From Deltaproteobacteria bacterium (GTDB taxonomy: Bacteria > Myxococcota_A > Polyangia > Polyangiales > Houyiibacteriaceae), in NCBI GenBank assembly GCA_034670305.1, contig JAXMNT010000011.1, positions 32,001 to 96,000 of the forward strand: 64,000 nucleotides of DNA. The letters are read 5' to 3'. The stretch's first letter is position 1; every line of letters begins with the position of its first letter. The translations under genes were made by a program, and so were the position numbers. Shown piece after piece: positions 17,569 through 27,711 of the stretch. The notes beneath the pieces were generated by a model. The model saw only the letters and a list, made by a program, of their open reading frames with translations. It did not search any database and had not been told where the DNA came from.

Positions 17569-18801
17569 TTACGAGAGCAGGAGCCAGGTTAGGGCGGCGG
17601 CGGTGGCGAGGGCGAGGATTGCGGCGGCGATGTAGATCGCGGTGGGCGGAGGGGGAGCGGGGGTGGGGTGGTCGGCGCGGGCGGAGGCGGGGTCGGTGGT
17701 GGCGTCGAGGGTGGTTCTGGTTTCGACTGCGGTGGGGGGGTCGGGGGCGACTTCGGTCTGCACGTCGGGGAGGCGGGTTCGGGTTTCGTCGGTGGGCCCG
17801 GCGGAGCGGGGCTGTTCTTGGCGCTCGGGGCGGTCGCCGAGTTGCATGGTGCCGCCGGGGGTCGCGGGTTTCGTCTCGTCGAAGACCAAGTCGTTCTCGG
17901 GGGTGGGGCGTGCGTGGGCCCGCACGAGTTTGGCGAGGATGCGGCGGGCGGTGGGCGGGGGCGTGACCGCGCCGAGTGCTTGACGCAGTTCGCGGGTGGA
18001 GGTGAAGCGCACGTCGGGATCCAGCTCGAGCAGGCAGTCGACGACGTGCGCGAGTTCCACCGGGACCGAGGGCGCGAGGTCGAGCAGGGCAGGGCGGCTG
18101 CCCTTCGCGATGTTCTCGAGCGTCTCGATGTCGTTGCGGCCATCGAAGGGGCGGCGACCGGCCAACGCTTCGAACAACGTCACGCCGAGCGAGAAGAGGT
18201 CGATGCCTGGGTGGACCCGGCCTTCGCGCGCGTACTCCGGTGCCATGTACGGCACCTTGCCTTTGACGCTGCCGGTGCGCGTCTTGTCCGACGCGATGCG
18301 CCGGGCCACGCCGAAATCGGCGACCTTCACCTCGCCCGCGTTGCTCAGCAGGATGTTCGAGGGAGAGATGTCCCGATGCACGATGCCTTCGTCGTGGGCA
18401 CGCTCGAGGCCGGACGCGATCGAGACCGCGATGTACGCCACGAGCCCGGTCGTCAGCTCTTCGCCTGTCCGCTTGAGGCCGCGGAGCAAGAGCCGCAGGT
18501 CGGTGCCTTCGACGAGCTCGAGGACCAGGTAGTAATTGCCCTCGTGTTCCCCGAAGTCGAGCACCTGGGCGATGTTGCCGTGGCGCAGCCGCGCCGCGAG
18601 TTGGGCTTCCTGTAGAAACAGTGCGGTGAGTTCCGCGTCGCTCGCGAGGCTCGGCAACATGCGTTTGAGACACACCCGCTGTTCGAAGCGCGCGGGGCCC
18701 ACCTTCTTCGCCAGGTAGGTCTCCGCCATGCCACCGGCGCCGAGACTGCCGAGGAGCTCGTAGGGTCCGATCTTCGAGGCGCCGATCTTCGAACCGGTCA
18801 T
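17569..18801 (-). CDS. Ser/Thr protein kinase with C-terminal TM
   Basis: [19 protein letters not shown] and APE; Pro/Thr linker and terminal hydrophobic helix; ATG overlaps the upstream stop. Confidence 0.92.
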   Translation of the reverse strand: MTGSKIGASKIGPYELLGSLGAGGMAETYLAKKVGPARFEQRVCLKRMLPSLASDAELTALFLQEAQLAARLRHGNIAQVLDFGEHEGNYYLVLELVEGTDLRLLLRGLKRTGEELTTGLVAYIAVSIASGLERAHDEGIVHRDISPSNILLSNAGEVKVADFGVARRIASDKTRTGSVKGKVPYMAPEYAREGRVHPGIDLFSLGVTLFEALAGRRPFDGRNDIETLENIAKGSRPALLDLAPSVPVELAHVVDCLLELDPDVRFTSTRELRQALGAVTPPPTARRILAKLVRAHARPTPENDLVFDETKPATPGGTMQLGDRPERQEQPRSAGPTDETRTRLPDVQTEVAPDPPTAVETRTTLDATTDPASARADHPTPAPPPPTAIYIAAAILALATAAALTWLLLS

Positions 18802-19961
18802 CCGAGCGCGCGGTCGAGGTCGCGCCACAGATCCTCGACGTCTTCGATGCCGATGCTCAGGCGCAAGAGACCGTCGGTGATGCCGGCGGCCAACCGCTGC
18901 GTACCGGGCATGGAGGCGTGGGTCGTCGACGCGGGGTGGGTCACGAGGCTGCGCACATCGCCGAGGCTGACGGCGCGGGTGAACACGTCGAGTTTGTCGT
19001 ACGCGCGGGCGCCGGCCGCGGCGCCGCCCTCGAGCTCGAGCGCGATGAGCGAACCGAAACCGCGCAACATCTGCCGCCGCGCGAGCGCGTGGTCGGGGTG
19101 GGAGCCGAGGCCCGGGTAGTGCACGTCTTCGACGCGGGGGTCGTCGTCGAGTCGCCGCGCGATCTCGAGCGCGGTGGAGCTCGAGCGCGCCATGCGAAGC
19201 CCCAGTGTCTTGACGCCGCGCGCGAGCAGCCAAGCGACGTCCGGTGCCAGCATGCCGCCGGTGGCCCGCACGCCGCGTTTGCGGATCAGCTCGATGCGTT
19301 CGTGGTCGCCGCACACGACGCCGCCGATGGCGTCCCCGTGTCCGCCGAGCGCTTTGGTCGCGCTGTGCACGACCAGGTCCGCACCGAGCGAGAGCGAACG
19401 CTGGTGGTAGGGCGTGGCGAACGTCGCGTCGACGACGAGCAGCGCGTCTTTCGCGCGGCACCGTTCCGAGAGCGCGCCGATGTCGGTGAGGGTGAGCACC
19501 GGGTTCGCGGGCGTCTCCGCCCAGACGAGCGCGGTGTTCTCGCGCCAGGCGGCGTCGATGGCATCGAGGTCGCGTTGATCGACGAAGTCGACCTCGACCC
19601 CGAACGCCATGAAGTGGTCGCGCAGAAGCTTTGCGGTCTCGGCGTACACGGCGATCGGCGCGATCACGTGTGCGCCGGATCGAAGGAACGTAGCCAGCAC
19701 GCCGTGGATGGCGGCCATGCCGGAAGCGAGCGCGGCGCAGGCCGGCGCGCCTTCGAGTGCGGCGACCTTGCGCTCGAACGCCTGCACGCTCGGGTTGCCC
19801 CAGCGGCCGTAGATCGGACCTTCCAGCGCGCCTTGGAAACGGGCGGCGGCGTCTCCGGCGTCGGCGAACCCGAACGCGCTCGAGCGCACGAGCGGCAGGT
19901 CGAGCGGTCCGTCCGATGCTTCGCCCGCGTGCACCGCCAGGGTGTCGAACTGCTTCTTCAT
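18798..19961 (-). CDS. PLP-dependent trans-sulfuration enzyme (methionine gamma-lyase/cystathionine gamma-synthase family)
   Basis: YGRWGNP, ASGMAAI, ETPANP, HSATKALGGHGD, AVSLG and LRLSIGIE motifs. Confidence 0.92.
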   Translation of the reverse strand: MKKQFDTLAVHAGEASDGPLDLPLVRSSAFGFADAGDAAARFQGALEGPIYGRWGNPSVQAFERKVAALEGAPACAALASGMAAIHGVLATFLRSGAHVIAPIAVYAETAKLLRDHFMAFGVEVDFVDQRDLDAIDAAWRENTALVWAETPANPVLTLTDIGALSERCRAKDALLVVDATFATPYHQRSLSLGADLVVHSATKALGGHGDAIGGVVCGDHERIELIRKRGVRATGGMLAPDVAWLLARGVKTLGLRMARSSSTALEIARRLDDDPRVEDVHYPGLGSHPDHALARRQMLRGFGSLIALELEGGAAAGARAYDKLDVFTRAVSLGDVRSLVTHPASTTHASMPGTQRLAAGITDGLLRLSIGIEDVEDLWRDLDRALG

Positions 19962-20854
19962 GCCGTCCGTGCCTGCAGCTGGACTGCGTTGGCATCAAAG
20001 TTCGGACCACGCGTTTCCGGATGCAGGATCCCGGCGAGGACCTCGGCGCCCGCGCCCACACTCACCGGTGTGCAGCGGGAGAAGAGCTTGTCCGCATCGG
20101 TGGCCCAGACCTCGCAGTTCGGCAGGCGCGGGAGCACTTCCGCGCGCGCGTCGGCCACGGTGTGCTCGAGGTCGTACCCACACGGCATGTGTACGACGAC
20201 GTCCGGCTTCGCCGCGAGGATCTCTGCCCACTCCACCCGCCGCGAGTGTTCGCCCGGTTGGGCGAGCACGTCTTCACCGCCGGCGAGTTCGATCAGTTCC
20301 GGAACCCAGTGGCCGCCGAGGTAGGGCGGGTCGCTCCACTCGAGCGCGACCACGCGCGGCCGGGTCCGAGGTTCGGCGTGCGTCATCGCGCGGATCCGCT
20401 CGAGTCGCTTGTGCATGCCCGAGCGCGCCGGGGCCGACGCGACTCCGAGCGCGGCTGCGACCCGTTCGAGGTCTTCTTCGAGCCCCGCCAGGGTGCTGCC
20501 GCTCAGTCGAACGAGGGACGAGCCAAAGGGCAGAGGACACGCATCCGCCGACACCGCGCACACGTCGCAGATGTCCTGCGCCAACACCACGTCTGGCCGC
20601 AACGACTCCAGCAAGCTCAGGTCGGTGACGTAGAGCGCGCGGCCTTCGGTCAGCGCCCGCTGAACGGCGTCCTCGACTTCGCGCGGGCTCGCTCCGCCTG
20701 CCTTGCCCGCGGAGGGGATCCGGGTCCGCGTGACCACCGGGAGGTCGGCCGCGGCCACGTGGTCGCATTCGTGCGAGATGCCGACCAGCTGATCGGCGGC
20801 GCCAAGAGACGCGACGAGATCGGTGGCCGAAGGAACGAGACTGACTACACGCAT
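19958..20854 (-). CDS. BtuF-like cobalamin/iron ABC substrate-binding family protein
   Basis: MRVVSLVPSATD...GISHECD, LEWSDPPYLGGHWVPELIELAGG and MPCGY. Confidence 0.85.
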   Translation of the reverse strand: MRVVSLVPSATDLVASLGAADQLVGISHECDHVAAADLPVVTRTRIPSAGKAGGASPREVEDAVQRALTEGRALYVTDLSLLESLRPDVVLAQDICDVCAVSADACPLPFGSSLVRLSGSTLAGLEEDLERVAAALGVASAPARSGMHKRLERIRAMTHAEPRTRPRVVALEWSDPPYLGGHWVPELIELAGGEDVLAQPGEHSRRVEWAEILAAKPDVVVHMPCGYDLEHTVADARAEVLPRLPNCEVWATDADKLFSRCTPVSVGAGAEVLAGILHPETRGPNFDANAVQLQARTA

Positions 20855-20888
20855 GTCGAAGTGGTTGCCGAAGTAGTTAACGAAGTGG

Positions 20889-22379
20889 TCAGAAAGTGAG
20901 ACCAGGCCAGGTGGGAAGCGGTGCATCCGCTGGAGGCGAGAATCTCACGGCTTGGGGCCAGGCGCAGAACGTCCCGGCGAGAATCCCGGCGGGGCGGTGG
21001 TTGCCGGAGTCTTTCACGCCGCCGAAGGGCAGCCGTCCGCTCGCGCCCGCGCTCGACTGGTTCCAGTGCAACACCCCGACACGAAGTCGGTCGGCGGCGT
21101 GCTCGAACGAGGCTTCCGACGCGGTGAACACCGCGGCGGCCAGTCCGTACTCGGTGTCGTTCGCCAGCGCGATCCCTTGGTCGAGATCCTTCACGACGTA
21201 GACGGCGACGTCGGGACCGAAGAGCTCGTCGTGGCTGTAGCCCGGCACCCGCGCATCCGCGCTCGGGGCCCGGTGCACGTTGGGGCGGACGTACCATCCG
21301 ACTCGATCGAGCTCTGGCACGCCGCCTTTGGCGCGGGCCTCGTAGCCGGCCGCGACCGCGCGGGCGCGGGCTTCGACGAGCCGGGTGCGCGCGCCTTCGT
21401 CGATCATCGGACCCATGAACACGTCTTCGTCGAGCGGGTGCCCGACCTTTGCGGCATCGGCGGCGGCGGCGAGGCGAGCGAGCAACGGCTCCGCGACGGC
21501 CTCGGTCACGAACACGCGGCTCGTCGCGGTGCACCGCTGGCCTGCGCTCGCGAACGCAGCGAATGCGATCTGCCGCGCAGCGCGTTCGACGTCCGCGTCG
21601 TCGAGCACGATCGAGGAGTTCTTGCCGCCGAGCTCGAGGGCGACCAGGCGGCCCGGTCGGTGCGCGTTCGCGGCGATGATCGCGCGGCCCACCGGCGCCG
21701 AGCCGGTGAAGAGGATGCCGTCGACGTCGTCGTGGGCGACGAGGGCTTTGGACGACGCCACGTTGCCTTGCACGATGTTCACGACGCCGGGCGGGAAGCC
21801 AGCTTCTTCGAAGCAGCGCGCCATCCACACGGCGGGGCTCGGCGTCTTCTCGCTCGGCTTGAAGACCACCGTGTTGCCGTGAAGCAGCGCCGGCACGATC
21901 TGTCCGTTCGGGAGGTGGGCCGGGAAGTTGAACGGACCGATGACGGCCAGCACACCGTGGGGACGGAATCGAATCGCACCGGGCAGGTCGTCGAGCCGCT
22001 TGTCGCGGGTGAAGGCGGCGCCTTCGCCGAGCATGAGGTCGACTTTGCCCGCGAGTGCGTTCGCTTCTCCGAGCGCGTCCCACAGCGGCTTGCCGACCTC
22101 GCGCGCGATCGATTCCGCGATCGCGTCTCGGTGGTGGCGGAGCCGGACTTGGTACGCCCTCAGGAGTTCGCGGCGTTTCTCTTCCCCGAGCCGGCGCCAG
22201 GCCGGAAACGCCTCGCGCGCGGCGGTCACCGCCCGGTCGACGTGGGCATGGGTGACGTCGTGCACCGCGACGAGGTCGTCCTGGTCCGCCGGGCTCGAGA
22301 TGCGGAGTGTCTCGTCGGCCGCGCCGTGGACGAATTCCCCGCCGATGAAGTCCCCAGGTCGTTCCAGTGTCGGTTGCAT
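20889..22379 (-). CDS. astD: Succinylglutamate-semialdehyde dehydrogenase
   Basis: RPHGVLAVIGPFNFPAHLPNG, FKPSEKTP, LELGGKN, AGQRCTA, ELFGP and PFGGVKDSGNHRP. Confidence 0.85.
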   Translation of the reverse strand: MQPTLERPGDFIGGEFVHGAADETLRISSPADQDDLVAVHDVTHAHVDRAVTAAREAFPAWRRLGEEKRRELLRAYQVRLRHHRDAIAESIAREVGKPLWDALGEANALAGKVDLMLGEGAAFTRDKRLDDLPGAIRFRPHGVLAVIGPFNFPAHLPNGQIVPALLHGNTVVFKPSEKTPSPAVWMARCFEEAGFPPGVVNIVQGNVASSKALVAHDDVDGILFTGSAPVGRAIIAANAHRPGRLVALELGGKNSSIVLDDADVERAARQIAFAAFASAGQRCTATSRVFVTEAVAEPLLARLAAAADAAKVGHPLDEDVFMGPMIDEGARTRLVEARARAVAAGYEARAKGGVPELDRVGWYVRPNVHRAPSADARVPGYSHDELFGPDVAVYVVKDLDQGIALANDTEYGLAAAVFTASEASFEHAADRLRVGVLHWNQSSAGASGRLPFGGVKDSGNHRPAGILAGTFCAWPQAVRFSPPADAPLPTWPGLTF

Positions 22380-22593
22380 CGTTTCCTCGGTCGAATCGGT
22401 GGCACCGCGCGCCACAACGTCAAGACGGCCGGACTCTACACCAAGAACCGCCCGCTTCGACCGTGTGGCGGATGGGCAGCGTGGTGCGCAAGGACGCCCC
22501 GATCGCCGCGCAGCGCGGGGCACCCGTCTCGAGCGCTGGCCGAACTTGCCTCATCGGTGAACATTCGGCCGCCCTGGCACGTATCATCCGCAC

Positions 22594-23835
22594 GTGTCTG
22601 CCCATCTCCGTCTTCTCCCTGGATCCCTGATCGTGCTGCTCTGCGTGGGTGCATCCATCGGGGTCGCTCAGAACGAGGATGCGTCGCTCATGCTCGCGGT
22701 CGCGAGCGCGGGGGAACACGACGCGCGCGGGACCCGCATCGGATCGATGCGTCACGAGGAGGTTCGGCCGGGCCGACCACTGACGTTCGACACCACCTTG
22801 AACCCCAGCGAGTGCTTGCTCTTGGTCGCACAGGCCGGGCAAGGAATTCGGGATCTGGACCTGACCATTCGCCGACTGGGCGCCAGCGGGACCCCGCTCT
22901 CCCGCGTCACCGCACGCGGCGGGTTGGGCCAGGCGCGGCACTGCGCGGGTGCGCGGATCGAGCGCCTGCGTTTCCTGGTCGCGAGTGTGGCGGGTCGCGG
23001 ACGGGTGGTGGCCGCCATCTACCGCGTGGCCGCGCCTCCCCCCTCGCAGGCGATCGTGATCGACTCGACCAGCCCACTCGAACGACTCAGCGCGCTCGTC
23101 GAACGCGACGGCGCCCGCTACGCGCCGATCACGCCGCCGGCACTGGAGCCTGCGCTCGAGGCCGGTACGTTCATCGAACGCACGGTGCCACTCGCGCCCG
23201 GTCGCTGCTACCGAGTGTTCGCTGCCGGGTCCGCTGGGGTGACGCACCTCTCGATTTCGATCCGCGCGCCACGAAGCGATGCAGAGCTTCAGAACGACGG
23301 GGCGGAATTGGCGACGCCTACGCTCGGCGTGCTCCGGCCCCTGTGCCCCGCCACGGCCGGCGAACACCATCTTCGTTTTCAGGTCGAAGCCGGCTCGGGT
23401 CGTTTCGCGTGGCGCGTGTACGCCCAAGCGCAGCGTGCGGCCGCCGTGGCCCGGCTCCAGACCTATGCCGTGGGTGGCGATGGTTCGGGCTACGTGCCCA
23501 GTCGCCTTCGATCCCGGCACCGCGTGGTTGGGCGGGGCGGTCTCGGTGTGATTCCGCTCGCCGAGGGCGCACTGCGCCGCAGCGGCACGGTCGAGGTGCC
23601 CGTCGAGGTGCGCGCGGGGCGTTGTTATGTGGCCATCGCCGCGGGCGTGCCGTCGGTCCGCAGCCTCTCGCTCTCGGTGCGCGACACCTTCGGGCAGGAG
23701 CGCGCGACCGGAGCCGCCGCGCCGCAGCCCCACGCCCGATTCTGTCCGTCGATCGCCGGGCAGTGGACCGTCCGGGTGAAAGCCGAAGTCGGCTACGGCC
23801 GGTATGGCATGCAGGTCTTCTCGCAGCCTCGGTGA
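22594..23835 (+). CDS. Secreted protein with three repeated Cys-containing beta-sandwich-like modules
   Basis: Signal peptide; three related blocks (SECLLLVA, GRCYRVFA, GRCYVAIA), each followed by a second Cys. Confidence 0.7.
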   Translation: MSAHLRLLPGSLIVLLCVGASIGVAQNEDASLMLAVASAGEHDARGTRIGSMRHEEVRPGRPLTFDTTLNPSECLLLVAQAGQGIRDLDLTIRRLGASGTPLSRVTARGGLGQARHCAGARIERLRFLVASVAGRGRVVAAIYRVAAPPPSQAIVIDSTSPLERLSALVERDGARYAPITPPALEPALEAGTFIERTVPLAPGRCYRVFAAGSAGVTHLSISIRAPRSDAELQNDGAELATPTLGVLRPLCPATAGEHHLRFQVEAGSGRFAWRVYAQAQRAAAVARLQTYAVGGDGSGYVPSRLRSRHRVVGRGGLGVIPLAEGALRRSGTVEVPVEVRAGRCYVAIAAGVPSVRSLSLSVRDTFGQERATGAAAPQPHARFCPSIAGQWTVRVKAEVGYGRYGMQVFSQPR

Positions 23836-23838
23836 GCC

Positions 23839-24075
23839 GTGCCCGTGCCCGTGCCCGTGCCCGTGCCCGTGCCCGTGCCCGTGCGCGTGCCCGTGCCCTG
23901 CCCGCGGTCGAAGCCGACGCCGACGCCGAAGCCGACGCCGACGCCGACGCCGACGCCGAAGCCGATGCCGACGCCGAAGCCGACGCCGAAGCCGATGCCG
24001 ATGCCGAATCCGACGCCGAAGCCAAAGCCGAAGCCGAAGGCGACGCCGACGCCGAAGCCGACGCCGAAGCCGACG
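23839..24075 (+). repeat. About ten GTGCCC units followed by (GCCGAN)n
   Basis: Read directly; starts just after the stop at 23835. Confidence 0.95.
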
Positions 24076-24191
24076 CACACAGATGCCGAGGTCGTTTTTA
24101 GATCCTTGTGCGGGCTCGACCGTCGGAGGGGGTTCGGGCAGGTTGGGTTCCACGTGGCGCGTTGCGCCCGGACGAGGACGCGAGGACGACG

Positions 24192-25790
24192 ATGCGGAAC
24201 AGACGGGCGATGCAGGGGTGGACGTTGGCGGTGGCGCTGGGGTGCGCGGTGGCGGTGCCCTCGGGGGTCCGGGCGTTCTGCGGGTTCTACGTCGGGGGCG
24301 CGGAGAGCACGCTCTACAACGATGGATCGATGGTCGTGTTGATGCGTGATGGGACCCGCACGGTCGTCTCTATGCAGAACGACTACCACGGTCCGCCCGA
24401 AGCGTTTGCGCTGGTGGTGCCGGTGCCGGAGGTGTTGGACGAGGACATGGTCCGCACGCTGCCGCGCGAAGTGTTCGCGAAGGTGGACCGGCTGACCGCG
24501 CCGAGACTGGTCGAGTACTGGGAGCAGGATCCTTGTCCACAGGAGGCGGTGTACGGCTACGAAGGCGGAGTCACGATCGAGCTGGCGTCGCGCGCGGAGA
24601 CCGACGACGACGAGGGCTACGAGGAAGAGCCGCGTGACCTCGGCGTGCGCGTGGAAGCCGAGTTCGCGGTCGGCGAGTACGACATCGTGATCCTCAGCGC
24701 CGAGTACTCCGCCGGGCTCGACACCTGGCTGCGGCAGAACGGGTACGCGATCCCGGCCGGCGCGGAGCGCGTGCTGCGCCCGTACGTCGAACAGAACATG
24801 AAGTTCTTCGTCGCCAAGGTGGATCCGCAGCGGGTGACCTTCGATGGGGAGTCCGCGGTGCTCTCGCCGCTCCGGTTTCACTACGACGCAGAGTCGTTCT
24901 TTCTGCCCATCCGGCTCGGGCTGCTCAACTCGCGCGGCCAGCAGGACGTGATCGTGAACGTGCTCGCGCGGCAGCTTCGGTACGAGGTCGCGAACTACGA
25001 CAACTTCGCCATCCCCACCAACCTCACGGTCAGCGATCGGGTCCGGGCGGAGTTCGGTTCGTTCTACGACGCGCTCTTCACCCGCATGATCGAAGCCCAT
25101 CCCGGCAGCGTCATCACCGAGTACGCGTGGGGCGCGGGATCGTGCGACCCGTGTCCGGAACCGCCGCTCGATGCGGACTCGATCGTGAGCCTCGGTGCGG
25201 ACGTCATCCCGAGCTACGAGCGCGCCATCCGCAGAGGACGGGTACAGACCGGCTTCGAGCAGGACTTCGTCGTGACACGGCTTCATCTCCGGGCGCGGGC
25301 GGACGGGCAGGGCGAAGATCTCTTCTTCCGGCCGGCGCCGCCGATCGAAGGTGGGCGCGGCACGCCCGACGTGGAAGGTCAGATGAGTGGCGGGGTGCAG
25401 AGCTACGGGGTGAACAACTTCCAGGGCCGGTACGCGATCCTCCATGAGTGGGAGGGCGCGATCGAATGCGAACAGCCGATGCGTGGACGTTGGGGCGGTC
25501 CGCCGTCGACCGAAGTCGCGTCGGGGCAGCCCATGGCGGCGACCGGTCTCGCATTCGTCGCCGCGGGCACGGGCGCGACGACGTTGGGCGGGTACCTGAC
25601 TCAGGAGAACCCGCTGCTCGGGCAATCCACCGACACCCTGCCGACCGGTCCGGTCGCGCCTCCGGGTCCGCCACCGACCGCGCCCGGCGGGTGCAGTGGC
25701 GCGACGTGTTCGATGGGCACCGGCGGGACGGCGACCGTGTGGTTCGTGGGCGCCGCCGCGCTCTTGTTGTGGGGACGCCGACGACGCTGA
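24192..25790 (+). CDS. DUF2330 domain protein with MYXO-CTERM-like sorting signal
   Basis: [26 protein letters not shown] and LPIRLG; C-terminus GGCS...TM...RRRR. Confidence 0.88.
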   Translation: MRNRRAMQGWTLAVALGCAVAVPSGVRAFCGFYVGGAESTLYNDGSMVVLMRDGTRTVVSMQNDYHGPPEAFALVVPVPEVLDEDMVRTLPREVFAKVDRLTAPRLVEYWEQDPCPQEAVYGYEGGVTIELASRAETDDDEGYEEEPRDLGVRVEAEFAVGEYDIVILSAEYSAGLDTWLRQNGYAIPAGAERVLRPYVEQNMKFFVAKVDPQRVTFDGESAVLSPLRFHYDAESFFLPIRLGLLNSRGQQDVIVNVLARQLRYEVANYDNFAIPTNLTVSDRVRAEFGSFYDALFTRMIEAHPGSVITEYAWGAGSCDPCPEPPLDADSIVSLGADVIPSYERAIRRGRVQTGFEQDFVVTRLHLRARADGQGEDLFFRPAPPIEGGRGTPDVEGQMSGGVQSYGVNNFQGRYAILHEWEGAIECEQPMRGRWGGPPSTEVASGQPMAATGLAFVAAGTGATTLGGYLTQENPLLGQSTDTLPTGPVAPPGPPPTAPGGCSGATCSMGTGGTATVWFVGAAALLLWGRRRR

Positions 25791-25824
25791 CTTGTTCGAG
25801 CGCAAGGCGCGCTAGGTTGCGTCC

Positions 25825-26023
25825 GTGGAACTTCGTTTGGATGTGGTGGGTCCTGCGCTCGCGATTTGCCGGTTGGCGGCCGACGCCAGGCTTCCGGAGT
25901 GGGCGCTGTCGGGGAGGTTCTTCTCGATCACCCGAACCGAGAACGAGCTGTCGGTGGTCGCGCCCGAGGACGAAGTGCCAACCGCGGCCGAAGGCCGAAG
26001 CCGATGCCGAAGCCGAAGCCGAA
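25825..26023 (+). pseudogene. Truncated ACT-domain protein (N-terminal half only)
   Basis: LAICRL..LPEWAL..FFSITRTENELSVVAPE is the typical N-half; similarity stops at a short GCCGAA/GCCGAT array, and the frame then runs antisense into lexA. Confidence 0.7.
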
Positions 26024-26059
26024 ATGACTCCGACGGCGTTCCCGGCTTCGTGCTTCTCG

Positions 26060-26719
26060 TTAGTCCAGGCGGCGGTAGACGCCGACGACGACGCCGAGGA
26101 CCTGGGTGGTGCGCCAGTCGTTTTTCGGCACGAGGATCGGGGCCATCGTGCTGTTCTCGGGCTGCAAGCGGATGTGGTCCTTCTCGGGGAAGTACCGTTT
26201 GCAGGTGGCTTCGTCGCCGACGAGGGCGATGACGATGTCGCCCCGGCGGGCGTCGAGTTGTTTGCGCACGAAGACGTAGTCGCCGTCGTGGATGCCGGCC
26301 TCGATCATCGACTCGCCCGTGATGCGCAGGCCGAACACGTCCTGGCCACGCCCGATGAGCATGCGGTCGATCTTGACCGTGTCCTCCGGGTGCTCGATCG
26401 CTTCGGCAAGGGCGCCGGCGGCGACACGACCGAGGATCGGGATCGAGATGAGGTCGGCCGATTCTTCTGGAACCGGCGCGCTCGTCTGGATCGAGGATCC
26501 GTCGGGGTGGCGCAGCAAACGAAGCGTGCGCGACTTCATGTCCTGGCGGGTCAGGTAGCCCTTCCGTTCGAGCGCGCGCAGGTGGTCGTTCACCCCATTG
26601 GTGCTCTTGATGCCGAGCCGGTTTCCGATCTCACGCAACGTGGGCGGGTACCCCTGTTCGGAGATCGACTCTTCGATGAATTCGAGTACGGCGCGCTGGC
26701 GGTCGGTGAGCTTTTGCAT
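26060..26719 (-). CDS. lexA: LexA SOS repressor
   Basis: LTDRQ...GYPPTLREIG...HLRALERKGY; RVAAG cleavage site; GESM Ser and TCKR Lys. Confidence 0.97.
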   Translation of the reverse strand: MQKLTDRQRAVLEFIEESISEQGYPPTLREIGNRLGIKSTNGVNDHLRALERKGYLTRQDMKSRTLRLLRHPDGSSIQTSAPVPEESADLISIPILGRVAAGALAEAIEHPEDTVKIDRMLIGRGQDVFGLRITGESMIEAGIHDGDYVFVRKQLDARRGDIVIALVGDEATCKRYFPEKDHIRLQPENSTMAPILVPKNDWRTTQVLGVVVGVYRRLD

Positions 26720-26800
26720 CTGGGGTTCCTGGGGTCTGGTCGGGGCGGTTCTGGAGCGGCGTGCCCGCGCGTTGGATGGGTCCACGAGGACCGCGATCCA

Positions 26801-26816
26801 CTGATGATACGTACAG
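26801..26816 (-). promoter_or_regulatory. Putative LexA operator
   Basis: CTGTACGTATCATCAG on minus (CTG-N10-CAG), just downstream of the predicted lexA -10. Confidence 0.6.
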
Positions 26817-26826
26817 GTAGGACTCC

Positions 26827-26876
26827 AAACTACGGATCCAATGTCCCGTGTCAAACATTCAGTGTCAAAAACTCAG
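26827..26876 (-). promoter_or_regulatory. Putative sigma-70 promoter of lexA with a duplicated -35
   Basis: Minus strand CTGAGTTTTTGACA-CTGAATGTTTGACA-N16-TAGTTT. Confidence 0.55.
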
Positions 26877-26966
26877 CAGATCTCATGTGGTCGCCGCATC
26901 TGCGCACGGTGCAGAAAGAACCTCGACGACGTGTAAGTGCTGAGGAACCACCGCCGTTGTCCTCCC

Positions 26967-27680
26967 ATGAAACGGATTCTCGGCCTCGCCGTCCTCGCCG
27001 CCTTCCTGCTCCCTGCCGCGCTCGCACCCGAGTCGGCCGAGGCCCAAGAATGGCATCCTGATCGATACCTCTACGTGAACCCACGGGTCACGCCGCGCCC
27101 GGTGGTCGTCGTGCGTCCCTCGCCTCCGCCGTCACTGGTGGTCGTGCACCGCGCGCCGCCCCCGCCGGTCGAAGTTCGCGTGCACACGATCCACACCCCG
27201 ACGCCCGAGCCGATCGTGCAACCGCGTTCTGAATCGCGCTTCCGGGTCGGCGTCGGGGCCGGCGCACTGCTCCGGTTCGGGGACGCGGAGACCGAGGCGA
27301 TCGCCAGCTACGAAATCCGGCTCGGCATGATCGTCGACCAAGCCGAGTTCGGCTTCCGGTTCGACCTCGCGCCGAGGTTCTCCGGCGGCGATGCGTTCTA
27401 CACCGCGGGCGCGGGGTTCCGGTACCGCTTCCTCGAGGACTCGAACGTGCACCCACACGTGGGCCTCGGACTCGAGACGGTGTTCTACAACCCGGTCGGC
27501 GCAGAGACGGCGCGGGCCTTTGGACTCACCGCGGCCGCCGGTCTCGAGATGGACGTCGAGACGGGGTTCGGTGAACTCGCCCTCGGACTCGACCTGCGCG
27601 GTCATCAGCCGATCGCGGGTGCGGAACAAGCCGCTGTGCGCCTCGTCGGCATCGGCGCCCACCTCGACTTCCGCTTCTGA
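26967..27680 (+). CDS. Outer-membrane beta-barrel protein with Pro-rich N-terminal region
   Basis: Signal peptide, alternating beta-strand pattern, C-terminal LDFRF. Confidence 0.75.
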   Translation: MKRILGLAVLAAFLLPAALAPESAEAQEWHPDRYLYVNPRVTPRPVVVVRPSPPPSLVVVHRAPPPPVEVRVHTIHTPTPEPIVQPRSESRFRVGVGAGALLRFGDAETEAIASYEIRLGMIVDQAEFGFRFDLAPRFSGGDAFYTAGAGFRYRFLEDSNVHPHVGLGLETVFYNPVGAETARAFGLTAAAGLEMDVETGFGELALGLDLRGHQPIAGAEQAAVRLVGIGAHLDFRF

Positions 27681-27711
27681 CTCGCCACGGGCCGCCAGGC
27701 CCGTAGCGCAA

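Noticed and set aside
17569-20061. 830 aa kinase fusion given in the ORF track
   Set aside because: The upstream part overlaps the trans-sulfuration gene in another frame; the kinase starts at 18801. The same applies to 52868-54667 (rsmA) and 11716-12981
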